Of a stretch of DNA of 64,000 nucleotides, positions 39,281-47,572 are shown piece after piece (position 1 is the first letter of the stretch; each line of letters starts with the position of its first letter). A model generated the notes under the pieces. It did no database searches, was not told the origin of the DNA, and worked only from the letters and a program-made list of their open reading frames with translations. The DNA is from a virus: IMG/VR virus record IMGVR_UViG_3300017917_003565, positions 1 through 64,000 of that record. The stretch is one strand, 5' to 3'. The translations under genes and the position numbers were made by a program.

Positions 39281-39837
39281 AGTTTTTCCGCATAAAAGAT
39301 GTGTCTCCCAAACTTGGCCACTTGAGGTTTACCCCATTGTGGTTTTATATAATCCGCATGGAAATACAGCGCATTCTTCACGCTGGGCAAGCGGAAGCCC
39401 TCTAGCAGGACTTTTTTGGCCACTTCTTCGGCTTCGCGCCAGTGAGCTGCATAAATGGGCCGGACACGGCTGGTGCCATCACAGAACCATGAGAACTGGC
39501 AGACCACTCGATCATAGACCACATTTTTTTGATACACAACGCCGCAGATGTCCGGAGCAAATCTGCCAGACTCCACGCGATTGATAGTGACCTGGGCCAC
39601 GGCTACTTTGCCTTCAAAGGGCTCAGTGGCGGCTTCCCAGTAGATGTTGCGTGTCAAACAGTCCAGTTGTTTGGTACGATCTGCCACGCTGATGAACCCT
39701 TGACGGGCGGCTTCATTGGTGCTTTTGAGGGCATCCAGTTTGGAATCAGTCACAGCGGTCACTGCGATGATCACGGCCAAGAAGCTGGCCAGTTTTACTG
39801 CTATGCTACCTAGATTGGACTTTGAAGAGATCTTCAA
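39277..39837 (-). CDS. SleB-like cell wall hydrolase
   Basis: CLTRNIYWEA, AVAQVTINRV, CQFSW, GRHIFY; TTG start after AAGGAG. Confidence 0.85.
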   Translation of the reverse strand: MKISSKSNLGSIAVKLASFLAVIIAVTAVTDSKLDALKSTNEAARQGFISVADRTKQLDCLTRNIYWEAATEPFEGKVAVAQVTINRVESGRFAPDICGVVYQKNVVYDRVVCQFSWFCDGTSRVRPIYAAHWREAEEVAKKVLLEGFRLPSVKNALYFHADYIKPQWGKPQVAKFGRHIFYAEKL

Positions 39838-39844
39838 TGTTTTC

Positions 39845-40125
39845 TCCTTCGGGCTCAAGTGGGCCGTTTCACCGGAGGTCCAGGATGGACACATTGACAG
39901 AAGCGTGGGCTAAAGAAAAGACCTCGGGCCTTCTTTGGCATACTGTCCTGGCGCGGTTTTGTCTTTCCCCGGGCCTGTACCATTTGTCAATGAAGAGGAT
40001 TTCCGAAGTCCTCTTGTAAAAGTGACCAGCTTCCCGGCACTGGTCGATCCGTTTTGGAGTAGATCTAGATTGTAATCTTCCGCTGATCGAATCAACGACA
40101 GCCGGATTGTTTTTTCTACTCTCTA
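39845..40125 (-). ncRNA. Candidate structured RNA upstream of sleB-like gene
   Basis: Several stems and two possible pseudoknots found by eye; TAAGTA late-type box just upstream. Confidence 0.55.
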
Positions 40126-40226
40126 AAATACTTAGTTTGTCATGAAAATCAGGCTCAAATAACCATGATTTTTCCAGCGTTTTTACCATAATATACAGCT
40201 ATTATAGCGCATCGCCGGTACGGTTG

Positions 40227-40751
40227 TCAATCCACATTGGGCGGAGGCATGGCCTTTAGTTTATCCCACACTGATTGTTTTTCTTTGATGTGTTTTTCCA
40301 AAGCTCGATAGCGATCACCCAGTTCTCGCAGTTCCTGCCATTCAGATTCCAGAGCTGGATTTACGGTCAACAGATTCAATCTTTCTCGAATTTCGCGTAT
40401 GGAGCCCATGAGACTTTCGCCATTGATTTCGATGTCAGCATCTTCACCGTTGACTTGTAGTTTGGCACCGGTGGGATTGCTGGTAATCCAGGGAGCCACG
40501 GTAGCTGTCCCTGTGTTGGTCCAAACATTGGGATAAGCATACCCGTTGGTCCCACTGACGTTATTGATCGCAGTAAGATCGCTGATGGTCAGAGTGGGCA
40601 CCGTGCCGCTGGCAGTGTAATAATCACCATCACCACTGTAGGAACCAATATGGCTGAAATCGAGCGTGATGCTGTTATTGTCATTGATGATGATGCTGTC
40701 ATCCATGGTTTGAGAGGCTGTGCCCGGAGGCACATTTATTGTAAGTGACAT
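40227..40751 (-). CDS. Hypothetical protein
   Basis: 174 aa, T/N-rich N-terminus, coiled-coil C-terminus. Confidence 0.6.
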   Translation of the reverse strand: MSLTINVPPGTASQTMDDSIIINDNNSITLDFSHIGSYSGDGDYYTASGTVPTLTISDLTAINNVSGTNGYAYPNVWTNTGTATVAPWITSNPTGAKLQVNGEDADIEINGESLMGSIREIRERLNLLTVNPALESEWQELRELGDRYRALEKHIKEKQSVWDKLKAMPPPNVD

Positions 40752-41839
40752 TAGGCTTTCCTTTCGAACTCACGCATGAATTCCACCAGTGCTTGTACGC
40801 CTGCCACAGGCATGGCGTTGTAGATGCAGGCACGCATACCGCCGGCCAGTTTGTGCCCACGCAGAGCTATCAGCCCTGCTTCGGTTGATTGGGTCAAAAA
40901 CTTTTCATTCAATCCTTCATCTTTGAGATAAAACGTCACATTGGCCCGAGAACGGCACTCCGGACTGACCCGATTTTCATACAGCGAACTGGAATCAATG
41001 TAGTCGTACAACAAAGATGACTTGATTTTGCCAAGCCGTTCCATTTCTGCCACTCCGCCTTGGCGTTTGAGCCATTTCAACACCAGTCCAGAAACATAGA
41101 TTGCAAAAGTAGGTGGAGTGTTTACCCAAGGCACAGTATTTTTGGCCCAGTCCCAAATGGTCGGAGTTATGGGCATGGCGTGTCCCAACAGATCCCGGCG
41201 AACTATGACCACAGTGACTCCGGCTGGCCCTATGTTTTTTTGTGCTGCAGCAAACAACACTCCGCACTTACTGACGTCCATGTGCCTTGATAGGATATTG
41301 CTAGAGACATCAGCCACTAATGGCACTCCCGCGGTATCAGGAAAATCTTCAAACTCCACTCCGCCTACAGTTTCGTTGGAACAGATATGCACATAAGCTG
41401 CATCTTGAGAGAGATTCCATTGATCGCGATCTGGAATGCTGGTAAACTGACCATTGGATGGACAAGCCACGATGTTTGCCTGCCCATATTTTTGTGCTTC
41501 TTGGGCCGACATCTCAGACCAGATACCAGTGACAACAAAATCAGCTGTGCGATTCTTGGACAATGGCAAGAGATTCATGGGTATGGCTGCATTTTGTCCA
41601 ATACCTCCTCCCTGCAACATCAATATTTCATAGTCATCGGGAATCGCCATCAACTCACGTAGGTCAGCCAATGTTTCATAATAGACTTCTAAGAACTCCT
41701 GGCTACGATGGTTGAGTTCCATCATGCTGGTGCCTACACCGTTCCAGTTCAACATTTCGTCGGCGACCTGTTGTAGGACTTCTTCAGGTAGAGCCGACGG
41801 TCCGGGAGTGAAGTTGTAAACCCGATGATCAAACTTCAT
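40751..41839 (-). CDS. serC: Phosphoserine aminotransferase
   Basis: YNFTPGPSALP, HRS, CSNETVGG, DVSS, AQKNIGPAG (PLP Lys), NTPP, GMRACIYN. Confidence 0.95.
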   Translation of the reverse strand: MKFDHRVYNFTPGPSALPEEVLQQVADEMLNWNGVGTSMMELNHRSQEFLEVYYETLADLRELMAIPDDYEILMLQGGGIGQNAAIPMNLLPLSKNRTADFVVTGIWSEMSAQEAQKYGQANIVACPSNGQFTSIPDRDQWNLSQDAAYVHICSNETVGGVEFEDFPDTAGVPLVADVSSNILSRHMDVSKCGVLFAAAQKNIGPAGVTVVIVRRDLLGHAMPITPTIWDWAKNTVPWVNTPPTFAIYVSGLVLKWLKRQGGVAEMERLGKIKSSLLYDYIDSSSLYENRVSPECRSRANVTFYLKDEGLNEKFLTQSTEAGLIALRGHKLAGGMRACIYNAMPVAGVQALVEFMREFERKA

Positions 41840-41844
41840 GATGA

Positions 41845-42033
41845 TTAGGTTTTTTGAGCCAGGGCTTCTTTTTCTGCGGTGATTTCTTTACGGCGTTCTT
41901 TGATGGCCTTGCTCATTTCTTGCAGAGCTTTGCGGGCGCGGGCAGCCGAGGCTTTGACGCCTTTGCCGGAGAACTTGTCATTTTCAGCCAAGTAGGTTTC
42001 GAATGCTGTTTTGATTGCTTCGTGATTGCTCAT
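41845..42033 (-). CDS. Hc1-like (histone H1-like) basic protein
   Basis: KGVKASAARARKALQE motif. Confidence 0.65.
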   Translation of the reverse strand: MSNHEAIKTAFETYLAENDKFSGKGVKASAARARKALQEMSKAIKERRKEITAEKEALAQKT

Positions 42034-42095
42034 TTGATTTCCTTAGGTTGGTGTGCAGAGCGCACCTATTAATTATACTGCACAAATCCCAGCTG

Positions 42096-42338
42096 TCAAA
42101 TATTTAGATGCCGTTTTAACCAAGGATCCCAAATCATCACATTGTCCCAATCATGGGGCCATGTCATGAGAAAAAGGTTGAATGTGTTGTGATCAAAGAT
42201 GTGCATACGGTTGTCCTCTACCTTGGCCTGTATGCTTTTGCTGGTGCTGGTCCAAGCGATCAAGCGTCCGCGGGCCGCGGGATCACGATGGATCACGGTA
42301 TACAAGGGTTCTGAGGTGCGATACTGGGGTATAGTCAT
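42096..42338 (-). CDS. Hypothetical protein
   Basis: 80-aa ORF. Confidence 0.55.
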   Translation of the reverse strand: MTIPQYRTSEPLYTVIHRDPAARGRLIAWTSTSKSIQAKVEDNRMHIFDHNTFNLFLMTWPHDWDNVMIWDPWLKRHLNI

Positions 42339-42575
42339 CTAGTGTAGAACTTGATCAACAGGTCTAGGCTCGTTGACTTGCTCTACATATTTAACGAATT
42401 CGTCGTCAATAATCAGTCTCTCGTCGTCGTGGGCCTGTGCCTGCTCGTCTGGCACTCCCAAAATCCTCATGAGGCCGCCAACATGAACTTCGGTTATACC
42501 ACAGTCATGCAATACCACGCAGAGATTTAGAATCGACAGGCGTATGGCCTGATCAACAGGAAGATCGTCCAGCAT
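42339..42575 (-). CDS. Hypothetical protein
   Basis: 78-aa ORF, TAAGTA 6 nt upstream. Confidence 0.6.
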   Translation of the reverse strand: MLDDLPVDQAIRLSILNLCVVLHDCGITEVHVGGLMRILGVPDEQAQAHDDERLIIDDEFVKYVEQVNEPRPVDQVLH

Positions 42576-42589
42576 AACACATACTTATG

Positions 42590-42868
42590 CTATCGGTATC
42601 GGCTTTCAATTTCTTGGGGTGATGATGGAACCACGCCTGTGGTCACTGTGTGTATTTTAACGATGCCGGATTCTTGGCACACAGGCTCGTCGGCAAATGC
42701 CCGGCTCACACGACAATCTTTGTTGTTTACGGCACTAACAGCATGGTCAGTTACTGTGCGTCCAGTAGTTTCACTCACAGCCACACTGCCTATGCCCAGT
42801 CCGGTGAGTACCATGGGAGTAGCACAACCCGACAATGCTACGGTACAGATCAACAGACAGCGGATCAT
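42590..42868 (-). CDS. Lipoprotein
   Basis: Lipobox LSGC; AGGAG RBS. Confidence 0.7.
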   Translation of the reverse strand: MIRCLLICTVALSGCATPMVLTGLGIGSVAVSETTGRTVTDHAVSAVNNKDCRVSRAFADEPVCQESGIVKIHTVTTGVVPSSPQEIESRYR

Positions 42869-42879
42869 GAGCTCTCCTA

Positions 42880-43190
42880 TGTAAGTGCCCGGCTACCTTA
42901 TGTCACAGGCCCCGGGCTGGAATAATACCAATTCGATGTGCTGTTTACTATCCCGCCGCAGTCGGTGTGGCCAAGTTTAAGGACTCACTACCACCAACCC
43001 GCACCACTAAGGCTGGTGCGCCGCCCTTCATTTGCCCCGAAGCCGGGTTGACATAGGTTTTGCTACTGGACTATTTGCTAGACCTCAACGGCTTTACTCG
43101 AGTTTACGGTTTATTGATCTAGTTAGTCAGGCTTGATCCGGTCCATCGCTTCCAATAGCAAAACCTATATCAGGGGGCGAACCCCCTGTG
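42880..43190 (-). ncRNA. Candidate structured RNA(s): 22-bp rod plus hairpin cluster
   Basis: Inverted repeat 43049-43070/43151-43172 whose two mismatches are G-U pairs on the minus strand; UUCG hairpins. Confidence 0.6.
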
Positions 43191-43193
43191 GTA

Positions 43194-43517
43194 TTAGGCT
43201 ACTTCTTTAACTGCAGATTTTGCAGATGCTTTAGTTGCCTTGACCTTGACTTCACCGCGCTTGGCGATCTTGGTCTTCTCAGCCAGTTTGTTGGCTACTG
43301 CATAGCCAGCGTCGCCAGTCATGCCCAAAGTCTGCAAGTGCTGGAGAGCTTCTAACTTGGTCATTGCCTTGGGCAATTCGATCAAGTTAATGTTGGTGCA
43401 ACCTGCTTTGTTGAGGATCTTGATACGAGCTACCAAGTCATTGGCGAAACGAGCTTTGACAGTACCGTTAGGGTTCTGTGCCGTACCTGCTACTGTGAAT
43501 AACTTTTCTGCTGCCAT
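43194..43517 (-). CDS. Basic hypothetical protein
   Basis: 107 aa, K/A-rich; sigma70 promoter near 43580-43610. Confidence 0.7.
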   Translation of the reverse strand: MAAEKLFTVAGTAQNPNGTVKARFANDLVARIKILNKAGCTNINLIELPKAMTKLEALQHLQTLGMTGDAGYAVANKLAEKTKIAKRGEVKVKATKASAKSAVKEVA

Positions 43518-43637
43518 TTTGTGTTGCCTTTCTAAGTTGCCTTACTAGTTGATAAAAGTTTACTGCTACTACAATGACCATTATACTTGAAATCGAAATC
43601 AATGTCAACCATAATAGTCATATCTGGTTTACCAAAA

Positions 43638-43769
43638 TCACTTGTTTTGGTCTAAGATATTGGTAACCACACTGTTGGTAGTGTCCACAGCCTGTGCCAA
43701 AAGACTCTTGGTCACGGCCGGGTGTAACACCGCCAGGGTCACTAGGATACCAAAAATAAATCCTTTCAT
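43638..43769 (-). CDS. Small membrane/secreted peptide (43 aa)
   Basis: Manual translation MKGFIFGILVTLAVLHP...; GGAGG RBS. Confidence 0.55.
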   Translation of the reverse strand: MKGFIFGILVTLAVLHPAVTKSLLAQAVDTTNSVVTNILDQNK

Positions 43770-43942
43770 CTGGAACCTCCAGTCATTTTGTCACGGGTCC
43801 ATTCTGACGCAGATGTCACGTCTTTGCCCAGACCGGCCACTGTGCCGCAACCCGTGATCATGAATACTGCTACCATGATCAAGGCCACCACACCCAGCGT
43901 AGGGCCATTCAGGGCCAACCATGCTACAAGTCGATCTTTCAT
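43766..43942 (-). CDS. Entericidin EcnA/B-like lipoprotein (58 aa)
   Basis: Manual translation ...ITGCGTVAGLGKDV...; AGGAGG RBS; below the ORF-track length cutoff. Confidence 0.7.
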   Translation of the reverse strand: MKDRLVAWLALNGPTLGVVALIMVAVFMITGCGTVAGLGKDVTSASEWTRDKMTGGSR

Positions 43943-44607
43943 GCTGCCTCCTGCTTGATGAGTTTGACACGACTGAGTTGGGTGGCTCGGTCAGCGTGTC
44001 GTTTGACACGGCCACTGAATCCTATGTTAGTGCCACAAGGCACAGCCTCACGATAGGCAAAAAACACCTGATGATTGCTGTCTGTAATCACTGTGACATA
44101 GAAAGTATTGTATTTGGCGCTGTAGTTGCATCGCACTACTTCACCCGATGTTGAAATCAGTTGATTGATTGGACCCAAGAGATCTGATTCGCAAAAGGCC
44201 AATCTGTTGTCAATTTTTTCACGATCCAAATTTTGTGCATGACTTTTAGGCATAGCCGCGATGACTGCGACCTCATATTCTGTGGTCACGGTTTCCAGAG
44301 AAGCCATCTTGGCTGACAGTAGATTCCATTCGCTGGCTTGCAGTTTCAGCGCCGCCATGGTAGCCGTGTTCAACAGATCTTGTCGGCATGCACGAGCCTG
44401 TTGATAGTCTGTTGCAGTGATAAACTGATGGCTAGAATCAGCCAGGTACAGTTGTACCAACTCGCGATTGCTGGGCCGAGTGATACGGCCTTCGGCTGAG
44501 ATCTCTGGGTATTTGAAATATCCGCCATTGATGCGATATGCGGCACTGGCCGCTGCCCAGACTAGATCTGCTGGATAGTTGAATTCAGATGGTTTACGCT
44601 TAGGCAT
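43939..44607 (-). CDS. Hypothetical protein, possible C-terminal OB fold
   Basis: 222 aa; beta-rich C-terminus ending TQLSRVK. Confidence 0.55.
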   Translation of the reverse strand: MPKRKPSEFNYPADLVWAAASAAYRINGGYFKYPEISAEGRITRPSNRELVQLYLADSSHQFITATDYQQARACRQDLLNTATMAALKLQASEWNLLSAKMASLETVTTEYEVAVIAAMPKSHAQNLDREKIDNRLAFCESDLLGPINQLISTSGEVVRCNYSAKYNTFYVTVITDSNHQVFFAYREAVPCGTNIGFSGRVKRHADRATQLSRVKLIKQEAA

Positions 44608-44794
44608 ATTTGGCCCGTTGATTAAAATCCTGCATAAGATCCAGTTTTTGATAATACTGGTTCATGATGTGCTCCAGGATACCAGTCTGATCCATGCGTC
44701 CGGCACGCTCGCGAAGTAGCTCTAACACTTCGCGATCGGCATCAGTAATAGTGATGCTGATGGTCACATCCGGGTTAGGATCGTGGATGCTCAT
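44600..44794 (-). CDS. Hypothetical protein
   Basis: 64-aa ORF. Confidence 0.5.
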   Translation of the reverse strand: MSIHDPNPDVTISITITDADREVLELLRERAGRMDQTGILEHIMNQYYQKLDLMQDFNQRAKYA

Positions 44795-45112
44795 TGTTGA
44801 GTTTCCTGAGATTGGAGTCGCAGATACTCTTGATTGAGTTCAGCGATGCGCCGCTCATTCTTTGCGTTGGTTTCAAGGTCTAGTTCACCCCGCACTTCGC
44901 ACAAGTAGATCAGTTCTTCAATGACATCGTTCAAGGTTCTCATTCTTCAGTCTCCTCGTCAAAATCAAAATAACCATTGCCTTCGCTCATGTCCTTGACA
45001 TCGTCTTCGCTCATGTAGTTCATGCAATCACGAGCGATCTGTTCCCAACACAACACACCTTGTTCGGCCAACTCAATGACCCGACGGGTGGCACGACGGC
45101 TTTCGTTGGCCA

Positions 45113-45451
45113 TTAGTCTAACCTCGAATCAGCGTAGGCGTCAATACCAAACTGTTTGAGCACCGCGGCGTAGGCCACAGCACCATGCTCGGCTGCGTCT
45201 ACACTCTGTCCGGGCCACCAACGGTTCCATAGTTGCAACCCACCACGGTATGATTTGCGGAATCCAACTTCTTTGAGAGAACGGCCCAGTTTGGTGTTGC
45301 CTTTTTCAAGCACCGTGACCCAAGCGAACCCACAAGGGCCACCGTCGCGGCCGTTGAAATGTTTGTCGGCAAAGTTCTTGGAAGCCTGTTGAGCGGCTTC
45401 CATAGCGGTATTGTGTATGCTTTGGATATTGTCTATGGCTAACATATTCAT
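45113..45451 (-). CDS. Early hypothetical protein
   Basis: CGFAWV, QS, SRLD C-terminus; own promoter and RBS. Confidence 0.7.
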   Translation of the reverse strand: MNMLAIDNIQSIHNTAMEAAQQASKNFADKHFNGRDGGPCGFAWVTVLEKGNTKLGRSLKEVGFRKSYRGGLQLWNRWWPGQSVDAAEHGAVAYAAVLKQFGIDAYADSRLD

Positions 45452-45480
45452 TTCTGCTCCTTATTTTTTACTATACCTAT

Positions 45481-45510
45481 ATTATAACCGAAAATGCCAT
45501 TTCTGGTCAA
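45481..45510 (-). promoter_or_regulatory. sigma70-type early promoter, repeat copy 1
   Basis: TTGACC-N18-TATAAT. Confidence 0.8.
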
Positions 45511-45541
45511 CCTGGGCGCAACCCGCTTGGTTAGTGCCCAC

Positions 45542-45808
45542 TTACCTAAAATACACCGCGAAACGGTCAGCATCTTGCTTCCATACAGTGCTCTGGCCGA
45601 TGTATCGATTTTTACGACCACGATACATAATGTAGGTCTTGAAGCCAGACAATCGTTCCATCCTGCGGATGGTTGCCCGAGCCTGCGGCAGTACGCTCAT
45701 GGGCACATCTTTGACTATGCTGGCTTCACCAGCCGGGCTGGCGAACGCTGTGAAGAACTGCTGATCTTCTCGACTGAGATTGAAATGTGTCCAACGATCC
45801 AGTTTCAT
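45542..45808 (-). CDS. Hypothetical protein
   Basis: 88-aa ORF. Confidence 0.6.
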   Translation of the reverse strand: MKLDRWTHFNLSREDQQFFTAFASPAGEASIVKDVPMSVLPQARATIRRMERLSGFKTYIMYRGRKNRYIGQSTVWKQDADRFAVYFR

Positions 45809-46086
45809 TACATGCTCCAGTAGGATTCGCTGGCTGGTGAGCAGAAGTTAGGTGTGTTCACATCTTCTTGATATTCTTTGCCCGACATTAAATTCTTACG
45901 AGTAACCATGCGTGGTCGATAATCTCGAGTGTGGGTGATCTCAAACTCGTTGCCCGTCCAACCGGCCTTTTTGATCAGTCGAGTGATGGTAGCCTTGGCG
46001 GCACTTTCGGTGCGATAGGCACGGGTGCGATTTGGACCATCTGACATGATGAGTCCGGTGGCTTTGACTATGATGTAGTATGACAT
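45808..46086 (-). CDS. Hypothetical protein
   Basis: 92 aa ending TPNFCSPASESYWSM; AAGGAG RBS. Confidence 0.7.
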   Translation of the reverse strand: MSYYIIVKATGLIMSDGPNRTRAYRTESAAKATITRLIKKAGWTGNEFEITHTRDYRPRMVTRKNLMSGKEYQEDVNTPNFCSPASESYWSM

Positions 46087-46112
46087 ATCTGCTCCTTTTT
46101 TTTAATATTGGG

Positions 46113-46186
46113 TGGGGTGTAGAGTTGGCCTGCACTTAGTTGACTCTACATTAAGGCGTTTACCGGTATTGCCAGTCGCCGCCCCA
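46113..46186 (-). ncRNA. Candidate three-way-junction 5'-leader RNA
   Basis: UGGGG/CCCCA enclosing GGCG-ACUGG/CCGGU-CGCC and UGUAGAGU/ACUCUACA. Confidence 0.5.
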
Positions 46187-46201
46187 TAAACTTAACTATA
46201 A

Positions 46202-46237
46202 CTATATTATAACCGAAATGGGTATTTCTGGTCAACC
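46202..46237 (-). promoter_or_regulatory. sigma70-type early promoter, repeat copy 2
   Basis: TTGACC-N18-TATAAT; 36 bp identical to 46795-46830. Confidence 0.85.
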
Positions 46238-46265
46238 ACTGCTAAACTGCGTGGTTGGCATGCAC

Positions 46266-46496
46266 TTACCTAGTGAAAAATAGCCCTACCAAGTAGATGC
46301 ACAGTAAACCCAGATTTACAGTAATCATGGCCAGTTCACGAATACGCAAGGCCCAGATCACGAACACCAAACTGCCCAGGTTCAAGAGATACACATTGAG
46401 TGGATCGATCCTTAGGCTAGTACACAAGGCACCAGCCAAGGTGATGATAGTGCCGGCCCATTTCAGGGCCCAGGTCAGTCTATCGTTGCGGTTCAA
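46266..46496 (-). CDS. Small 3-TM membrane protein
   Basis: Hydrophobic; resembles 55262-55492. Confidence 0.6.
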   Translation of the reverse strand: MNRNDRLTWALKWAGTIITLAGALCTSLRIDPLNVYLLNLGSLVFVIWALRIRELAMITVNLGLLCIYLVGLFFTR

Positions 46497-46771
46497 ACAA
46501 CCTCCAAGAGATTGGCCGGAACACGATACACACCTCGCTGGGTGCTGACTGTGATGTTCTTGATCTTGACATCTTTGACCGGCCCCTGCAAATCTAGGCC
46601 CAGTTTAGGATGATAGAACTTAACGGTATCGCCTACACGGATCGACCGTTTGACTTCTTGACCGATCTGTCTGCGCCGAAACTGTATGGCCTGGGCGATG
46701 GCATTGAGTTGATCATTGGTAAAGTTACCTTGCATGATCTCATGGTTGATTTCTGAAATCGTGGGCATCAT
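46493..46771 (-). CDS. Hypothetical SH3-like protein
   Basis: IRVGDTVKF, YRVPANLL; start after AAGGAG. Confidence 0.6.
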   Translation of the reverse strand: MMPTISEINHEIMQGNFTNDQLNAIAQAIQFRRRQIGQEVKRSIRVGDTVKFYHPKLGLDLQGPVKDVKIKNITVSTQRGVYRVPANLLEVV

Positions 46772-46794
46772 TGCTCCTTGATTGTTTATGATAT

Positions 46795-46830
46795 CTATAT
46801 TATAACCGAAATGGGTATTTCTGGTCAACC
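46795..46830 (-). promoter_or_regulatory. sigma70-type early promoter, repeat copy 3
   Basis: Identical to 46202-46237. Confidence 0.85.
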
Positions 46831-46854
46831 TTTGAAGTTAGTGCGCACTTATCA

Positions 46855-46885
46855 ATAAAAAACCCTACTAGGAGTAGGGTTTTTG
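46855..46885 (-). terminator. Intrinsic terminator after ahpD
   Basis: AAAACCCTAC/GTAGGGTTTT hairpin flanked by A/T tracts. Confidence 0.75.
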
Positions 46886-46908
46886 GTGTGGTTTTTAGAC
46901 AACAGTGT

Positions 46909-47430
46909 TTAGCTGTTGAGTATTTTAGCCACGGAGTTGATCACCGAAGCAATACGTCCAATATCACGAAGTTGCTCCACAGTGTATCCTTCTTTTTTCA
47001 GTGTGTCATAGTGAGCTTTCACACAGAAATGACATTTGCCCACGATGCTGGCTGCCAGGCTGTAGGCTTCAAAACGTGCTTTGGTGGTGCCACCGTGAGT
47101 GGTGATGGCATTCATGCGCAGTTGTGCAGGCAAGCCACTTAGATTGGCATCGTCAGCCATTTCCACAAATGGATACCAAGTGTTGGTCATGGTCATCAGA
47201 CTTGATGCTGTCATGGCTGCATCACGTTCGGTCACGTGTCCTTCGGATTCTAAGTTGCCCGAGATAAACGTAATCAGTTTGCCATTGCCGGTGCTCATGG
47301 CGGCTGCCAATGCGCAGGCCTGTGCTTCTACTGGATCCAGCGTGGATCGTTTAATCACTGCCTCGATGTTAAGACGTGTATCCTTAGCATAGTCCGGAAT
47401 ACTTTCTTTGAGTTGGTCTACCCATTGCAT
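46909..47430 (-). CDS. ahpD: Alkyl hydroperoxide reductase AhpD
   Basis: PDYAKD, GKCHFCVKAH (CxxC). Confidence 0.9.
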   Translation of the reverse strand: MQWVDQLKESIPDYAKDTRLNIEAVIKRSTLDPVEAQACALAAAMSTGNGKLITFISGNLESEGHVTERDAAMTASSLMTMTNTWYPFVEMADDANLSGLPAQLRMNAITTHGGTTKARFEAYSLAASIVGKCHFCVKAHYDTLKKEGYTVEQLRDIGRIASVINSVAKILNS

Positions 47431-47572
47431 GTTGATTGTTCCTCTAATGTTTGATAAGCGCCAGGTGCAGGGAGATCACTATAGTGATCCCACTCTGAAT
47501 GGTCAACTGTAGTTTCAAAAAATTCTTGTTGGGTCACGGCAAATACTTGGTCCCAGATTTTTTCAAAACTGT

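Noticed and set aside
39869-40189. 106-aa ORF and N-terminal extension of the sleB-like gene
   Set aside because: No motif or RBS; sleB has a better TTG start at 39837 after AAGGAG; the region is better explained by RNA structure
43049-43172. Retron msr-msd or transposon/MITE ends
   Set aside because: No reverse transcriptase or transposase in the window and no target duplication; G-U bias favours an RNA stem
43171-43188. Intrinsic terminator after 43194-43517
   Set aside because: Strong hairpin but no U tract; treated as part of the RNA candidate
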